This document shows positions 59,003 to 64,000 of a stretch of 64,000 nucleotides of DNA, one piece after another. The number at the start of each line of letters is the position of its first letter. Positions within the stretch are counted from its first letter, which is position 1. The position numbers and the translations under genes are program-made. This stretch comes from Scenedesmus sp. PABB004 (Eukaryota): contig JABVCE010000002.1 of NCBI GenBank assembly GCA_014905635.1, forward strand, positions 2,356,001 through 2,420,000, read 5' to 3'. The notes below the pieces were generated by a model, which saw nothing but the letters and a program-made list of their open reading frames with translations, was not told the DNA's origin and searched no databases.

Positions 59003-60879
59003 TCAAATCTGCAGGGGCGTGTTGAGGTCCAGCGGCCGGTCGGAGCACATCACGGGCAGCTGCTCGCTCATGCGGCGGAGGCCTGCGCGGCGGCGCGGCG
59101 GCGGGCGCGCGCATGAGCGACGCGGCACAGCGGCAGCAGCTGCGGCGGCGGCGGCAGCAGCGCGGCGGCGGCAGCGCGGTGGCGGCAGCAGCTGCGGCGG
59201 CGGCAGCAGCTGCGGCACGCGGTGGCGGCGGCAGCTGCAGCGCCGCCGCTGCCGCGCACCCGCGAGCGCCGAGAGCTGCGCGCCCGCGACGAGCCCGAGC
59301 GGGCCGAGCGCGACGCCCATGACGAGCGGCAGGCCCGCCGCCACGGCGCTCATCGTGCCGCTCGTGTTGCCGACGCTGCTCTTGCCCAGGCTGCGCAGCG
59401 TCTCGGTCATGTGCTGCAGCAGCGCGCCGTACGACTGCCCCGAGCCGTACCTCTCAATGCTCTGGATGAACGTGTAGGTGGCGGCGCCCGTGTAGGCGGT
59501 CGCCGAGAGCTTGGCCGTGTCGGCGGCGGTCTGGTGGTCGTCGCACGCGCCGAGCTGCACCACCAGCCCCCCTGCGCGCGGCGGCGGCGTCGGCCGGGGG
59601 CGGCCCGCGGCCTGGCCATCCGCCCCGGCCGCCGCGGCGCCGCACCCGCGGAGCCGCGCATGTTGTTGCGCCGCCAGAAGGCCTGGCCCTTGCTGAACTT
59701 GGTCTCATACGGCAGGTCCAGCATGGTGCCTGCGTGGGCGGGGGGCAGCGCAGCGCGGCGCCGGCGCGTCGGCCGCCACCGTCGCCACCGCCGCCGCCGC
59801 CGCCGGCGAGCGCCGCCGCCGCCCGCGCGCGTGCCTGAATGGCAGCTGTCAAAGAGGGCGTGCAGCGTGACACCCGTGGGAAGGCCGTGCACGAGCGCGC
59901 GCGCCAGCGCGGTGTCTGTGATCTGCCCGGCCCTCTTGAAGTCAGTGGGCAGAATCGTCTCATCGTAGCCGTCCTCCTCCTCGCCCGTGGGGTCGCGCTG
60001 CTGGCTGCCGTGGCCGCTGAAGTGCACAAAGAGCGAGTCGCCCTTGGGCGGCGGCGGCGCCGCCCGGCGTCGGCGGGCGCGCGCGGGCGTGCCGCGCCGC
60101 GCCGCGCGCCCCGGCCGGCCGCGCCGGCGCTGGCCGCGGGCCCAGTGGCCGGCCGCAGGCGCGGCAGCGGGGGAGGCACAGCCCGCGCCGCCTCCTCTGC
60201 CCCTTCGCCCCGCACCTGGCGCAGGTCAGACACCAGCCAGCCCAGCGCCCGCATGATGCTGTCGCGGACGGGCACGAACGCAATTCCCCGCCGCGTGTCG
60301 TCGTCGCGCAGCGTCACGATGTTGGCGGGGTCGAAGCCCAGCTTGGACGTCAGCTACGGCGCGCGGCGGTGGCGGCGGCGGCGGCGCACGGCTCGCGGCG
60401 GCCCGCGCGGCCGCCGCCCGCCAGCCCCTCTCCCGGCCCACCCCTGGGGCGCGCGCACGCACCAGGTAGTGCATGCAGCTGACGTCGTTGGCCGGCCCCC
60501 GCAGCGCGGCACTCGTGCCGGGGTAGCAGCACGCTATCAACACGGCCTTCTTGCGCCGCGCCGCGCTGCGCGGCGGCGGCGCCGGCGTGTAGCTCGTCGG
60601 CGCGAGGTACGCCGGCGCGCCCGGCGGCGGCGGCGTGCTGGGGCGCTGCCCCGCCGCCGCCTGCTGCGGCGCGCCGGCGGCCGCGTAGGGCCGCGGTGAC
60701 GGCGGCGGCGTCGAGAAGGGGCGCGGCGGCGCCTGCTGCTGCTGCGCGTAGACCGTCGGCGGCGCGTACGCCTGCTGGCTGCCGCCGGGCTGCTGCTGCT
60801 GCTGCGGCTCCAGCAGCTTGCCCAGCTGCTCCGTCGCGAGCGCCTCGGCCTTGGCCACGAGCTTGGAGAGCTTGCCCAT
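59003..60879 (-). CDS. Type I metacaspase (peptidase C14) with Pro/Gln-rich prodomain
   Basis: RKKAVLI, LRGPANDV, catalytic HFSGHG and FDSCHSG, EEDGYDETILPTDF, GACDDHQTAADT, GAATYTFIQ. Confidence 0.93.
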
Positions 60880-61568
60880 GGCCGCCACTGCCGAGCACGC
60901 GCCACTGCTCGGACCCCCGGCCTGCTCCGGCGCGCAGCGGCACCACTCGCGCGCAGCAGCGGCGTCACCAGCAGCGGCGGCGGCGGGGCTGGGCGACCAG
61001 GCGCGCTGGCCTTCGAGCGCGATGCCCAGGCTGCGGGGAGCCCGCAGCACACGGCTGGGCAGCCTCCTCGCTTGCACGCGCGCTGCAGGCCGGCTGGCGG
61101 TGCGGGCTGCCGTCTGCGGCAGACGCAGGCACAGGGGCCGCTGAAAAGCTGCAGCGCGCTGCCCGTCGACGGAGGCCGAATGTGTGGAGACGACGGGCGG
61201 CGCGGTGCGTCATGAGCCCGCCCTGGCCCTTTGCTGAGCCCTGCTGATGCGAGGGCGCCCACACCCGCGCCCGCAGCGTGCCGGGCACTGAGTGTCGCGA
61301 CCGATGGCACACCCCTAACCCTGACCCCACTTACGAGCACGACCCCTCGCATGCTCCGCCGCCGAGCTGCGGCGGCGGGCGCGCCAGCGCTGGCGCTGGC
61401 CGCGTGCTGGGGTCGCACGCGGCGGCACCGGCAACTTGCCAGCTCAGAGGCAAAGCAGGGCATCTCACTCAGCTCAGCTCAGAAGGTTCACACACACGGT
61501 CGCCGCGGCTGCGCTGCGGGCGCGGCGCAACGGGGGCCGCCCGCCGGTCGCCGCGGCGCCGGCGGGGA

Positions 61569-63729
61569 TCAGGCGCGCCCGTCCCACATCGCGGCCGACG
61601 CGGCGGCCTCCCAGTCGCCGTCAAAGCCGGGCGGCGGCGTGCCCGCGCCCGCGGCGATGAGGTGCGCCGCGACCGCGGCGGTGAGCCTCACCGACACGCC
61701 CCGGATCGCGCTGAAGGGCGGGAAGAGCTCGCCGCGCGCCGCGTCGCCAGCGCTCGTCATGCCCGCGAGCGCCTCGGCGGCAACGAGGAAGGCGTCGCCC
61801 GGCACGGCCGCCGCGCGCGTAAGCACCGCCGCGGCGCCGATCGCGGGGAAGACGTACGCGTTGTTGGCCTGCGCGGGGTGGCGCTCCTGCCCGCCGACCA
61901 CGACGGGGTCAAAGGGGCTGCCGCTCGCAAAGAGCGCGCGGCCGCCGCTCCACGCGACCGCGTCGGCAAACGTGCACTCGCTCAGGTGGGTGGGGTTGGA
62001 GAGCGGGAAGATGAGCGGGCGAACGTTGATCGACGCCATCTCCTCGACCACCTCGCGGGTGAACGCGCCGCCGGCCGTGCTGACGCCGATGAGCACGCTC
62101 GGGCGCAGCGCGCGCACCGCGGCCAGCAGGTCGGGCCCGAGCGGCCCGCCCGCGCCCGCGTGCGCCCAGGGGCGCTTGTGCGCGGGCAGGGCCGCCGCGT
62201 CGGCGCGCTCCGCGCAGATGAGGCCCCGGCTGTCCATGAAGTGGCACCGCGCCCGCGCGTCGGCGAGGCTCAGCGCCTCGCCGCGGCGAGCCGCGGCCTT
62301 GACCATCGCCGCCGCGACGAGCTCGCCGATGCCCGTGCCCGCCTCGCCCGCGCCGAGGAAGAGCACGCGCTGCTCGTCGAGGCGGGGCCGCCCCGTCGCG
62401 CGCAGCGCGCTCAGCACGCCCGCGAGCGTGATGCAGGCGGTGCCCTGGATGTCGTCGTTGAAGGAGCAGCACGACGCGCCGTGCCGCGCCAGCAGCCTGC
62501 GCACGCGGGCGTGCGCGCGGCGCTCGGCGGCGGCCGGGCGCGCGCCCGCGCCCGCGGCGGCGCCCGGCCGCCGGGACCCTCTCTGCCGGCCGGCCGCCCG
62601 CGGGCGCCCGCGCGCGCGCGCGCCTGAACGCGTTGCTGCTGCCAAAGTCCTCCCACTGCAGCAGCACGTGCGGCTGCCACGCGCGCAGCGCGCCCACAAA
62701 CTCGTCGACAAACGCGTCGTAGTCGGCGCCGCGCGCGCGCGGCGCGCGCAGCCCCGGTAGCGCGGGTCGCCGCGCAGCGCCGCGTTGTCGGTGCCGACGT
62801 CGAGGCAGATGGGCAGGCAGACCGCGGGGTCAATGCCCGCCGCGGCAGTATAGAGCTGAATCTTGCCCTCGCTGATGCCCATGCCGTTGGCGCCCAGGTC
62901 GCCCAGCCTGCCGCGGTGTTCGCAGGGGGGGCGGCGGGCGCGGCCGCGCGCGCGGCGTCGGCCGCCGCGCCTGCAGGCTGGCGCTGTGCGCGCCGCGGCC
63001 CGCCGCGCGCGCGGACCCGAGGATGCGCTCGCCATCCGTCACGACCGTCACCCTCACGTCCTGCTGCCGCCACGCGCGCAGCTTGGCCAGGATGGCGCCG
63101 CGGTCGGCCAGGGAAATGTAGAGGCCCTGCGCCGCGGCGGTGTGCGTGTGACGGCGGCGGCGGAGGGGGCGCGCGCCGTGGCGGACGGCCGCTCGCCGCA
63201 CAGGCGGCGCGCCTGCGTGGCGATGGGCAGCGTGTGGTACTTCTGGCAGGCCTCGCCCACGGTGGGCGTGTAGATGTAGGGCAGCAGCTCCTCGGTGTGG
63301 CGCAGCAGCGCGGCGTAAAACGCGCGCGGGCCGGCCGCCTGCAGGCGCCGGAGCAGCACGTAGCGCTCCAGGCCGCCCGCGGTCGCGCGCAGGCGCGCGA
63401 GCGCGGCGTCGGCGGCGGCGGCGCCCGCTGCGGACGCGCCTGCGGGAGGCGCGCGCGGCGGGCGCGGCCGGTGACGCCAGGGAAGCGCCGCCCGCCGCGG
63501 CCGCGCTGCGAGCAAGGGGCCCACACCTCCGCAGGAGGAGGCGGAGATGTCGATGACGCCGCTGGCCCGCTCCTTGGCGGCGGGCGCGTCCGCGCGCGCC
63601 GGCGCCGGCGCCGCGGTCGGGGCGTCTGCCCGCAGCAGGCGGCGGCGGGTTGGAGCGGTGTCGGGGGCGGCCAGCACGCAGCGCGCAGGGGCTGCCGCGC
63701 CACGCACCCGCGACGAGGACCGCCTCCAT
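61569..63729 (-). CDS. NAD(P)-dependent malic enzyme with an apparent 1-nt frameshift at ~62753
   Basis: LPYIYTPTVGEACQ, VVTDGERILG, LGDLGANGMGISEGK, LDVGTDN, QWEDF, FNDDIQGT, FLGAGEAG, IFPLSNPT, QANNAYVFP. The start codon is tentative. Confidence 0.92.
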
Positions 63730-63730
63730 T

Positions 63731-63756
63731 AACACACTGCAATATTGCAGTGTGTT
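63731..63756. other. Perfect 26-bp palindrome AACACACTGCAAT/ATTGCAGTGTGTT
   Basis: Exact self-reverse-complement, seen directly. Confidence 0.9.
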
Positions 63757-64000
63757 TCTCGGGCACGCGCCGCGACCGAAGACCGGGCGGCTGGCGGGCT
63801 GCGAGGCGCGGGACGGCTGCGCGCGGGCGTGCGGCGTGGGCGGTGCGCGTGCGGGCTCGCGAGCGATGATGATGGCGCGGTGGTGGTGAGTGAGTGGCGA
63901 CGTGGTGCCGTGCCGCACCGTTGGCGGCGCGCAGGTCGAGCGCCCTCGCGGCCTGCGCCGCCGGCCCAGCGCCGCCGAGCGGGGACGGCGGCGGCGTCGC

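Overview
A very GC-rich, gene-dense, intron-rich eukaryotic nuclear region. It is most consistent with a chlorophyte green alga (inference from short introns, G[T/C]GCGC donors, GCAG acceptors and Arg/Ala-rich transit peptides). Most ORF-track entries are GC-driven shadow ORFs, so I rebuilt the genes by splicing. In order: a partial unknown gene; two tandem paralogous secreted/surface proteins; Y14/RBM8A; a DUF4336-like protein; a single-polypeptide SbcD/Mre11 nuclease + SbcC/Rad50 ATPase fusion with a probable organelle transit peptide; an SSS/SLC5 symporter; an mTERF-like protein; two long intergenic hairpins; Sec31; an S8 subtilase; a five-copy ~896-bp tandem array of a small, bacterial-looking membrane-protein gene; two unknown membrane proteins; a P3A H+-ATPase; an APH/type II homoserine-kinase-like gene; an unknown type II membrane protein; a type I metacaspase; and malic enzyme. 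The strongest leads are the fused SbcD-SbcC gene, the amplified cassette with alternating alleles, the very high GC-AG intron frequency (8 of 22 introns in the H+-ATPase) and a possible miRNA-like hairpin pair. Several frameshifts in G/GC runs are probably assembly errors. Family calls come from motif recognition only; no searches were run.
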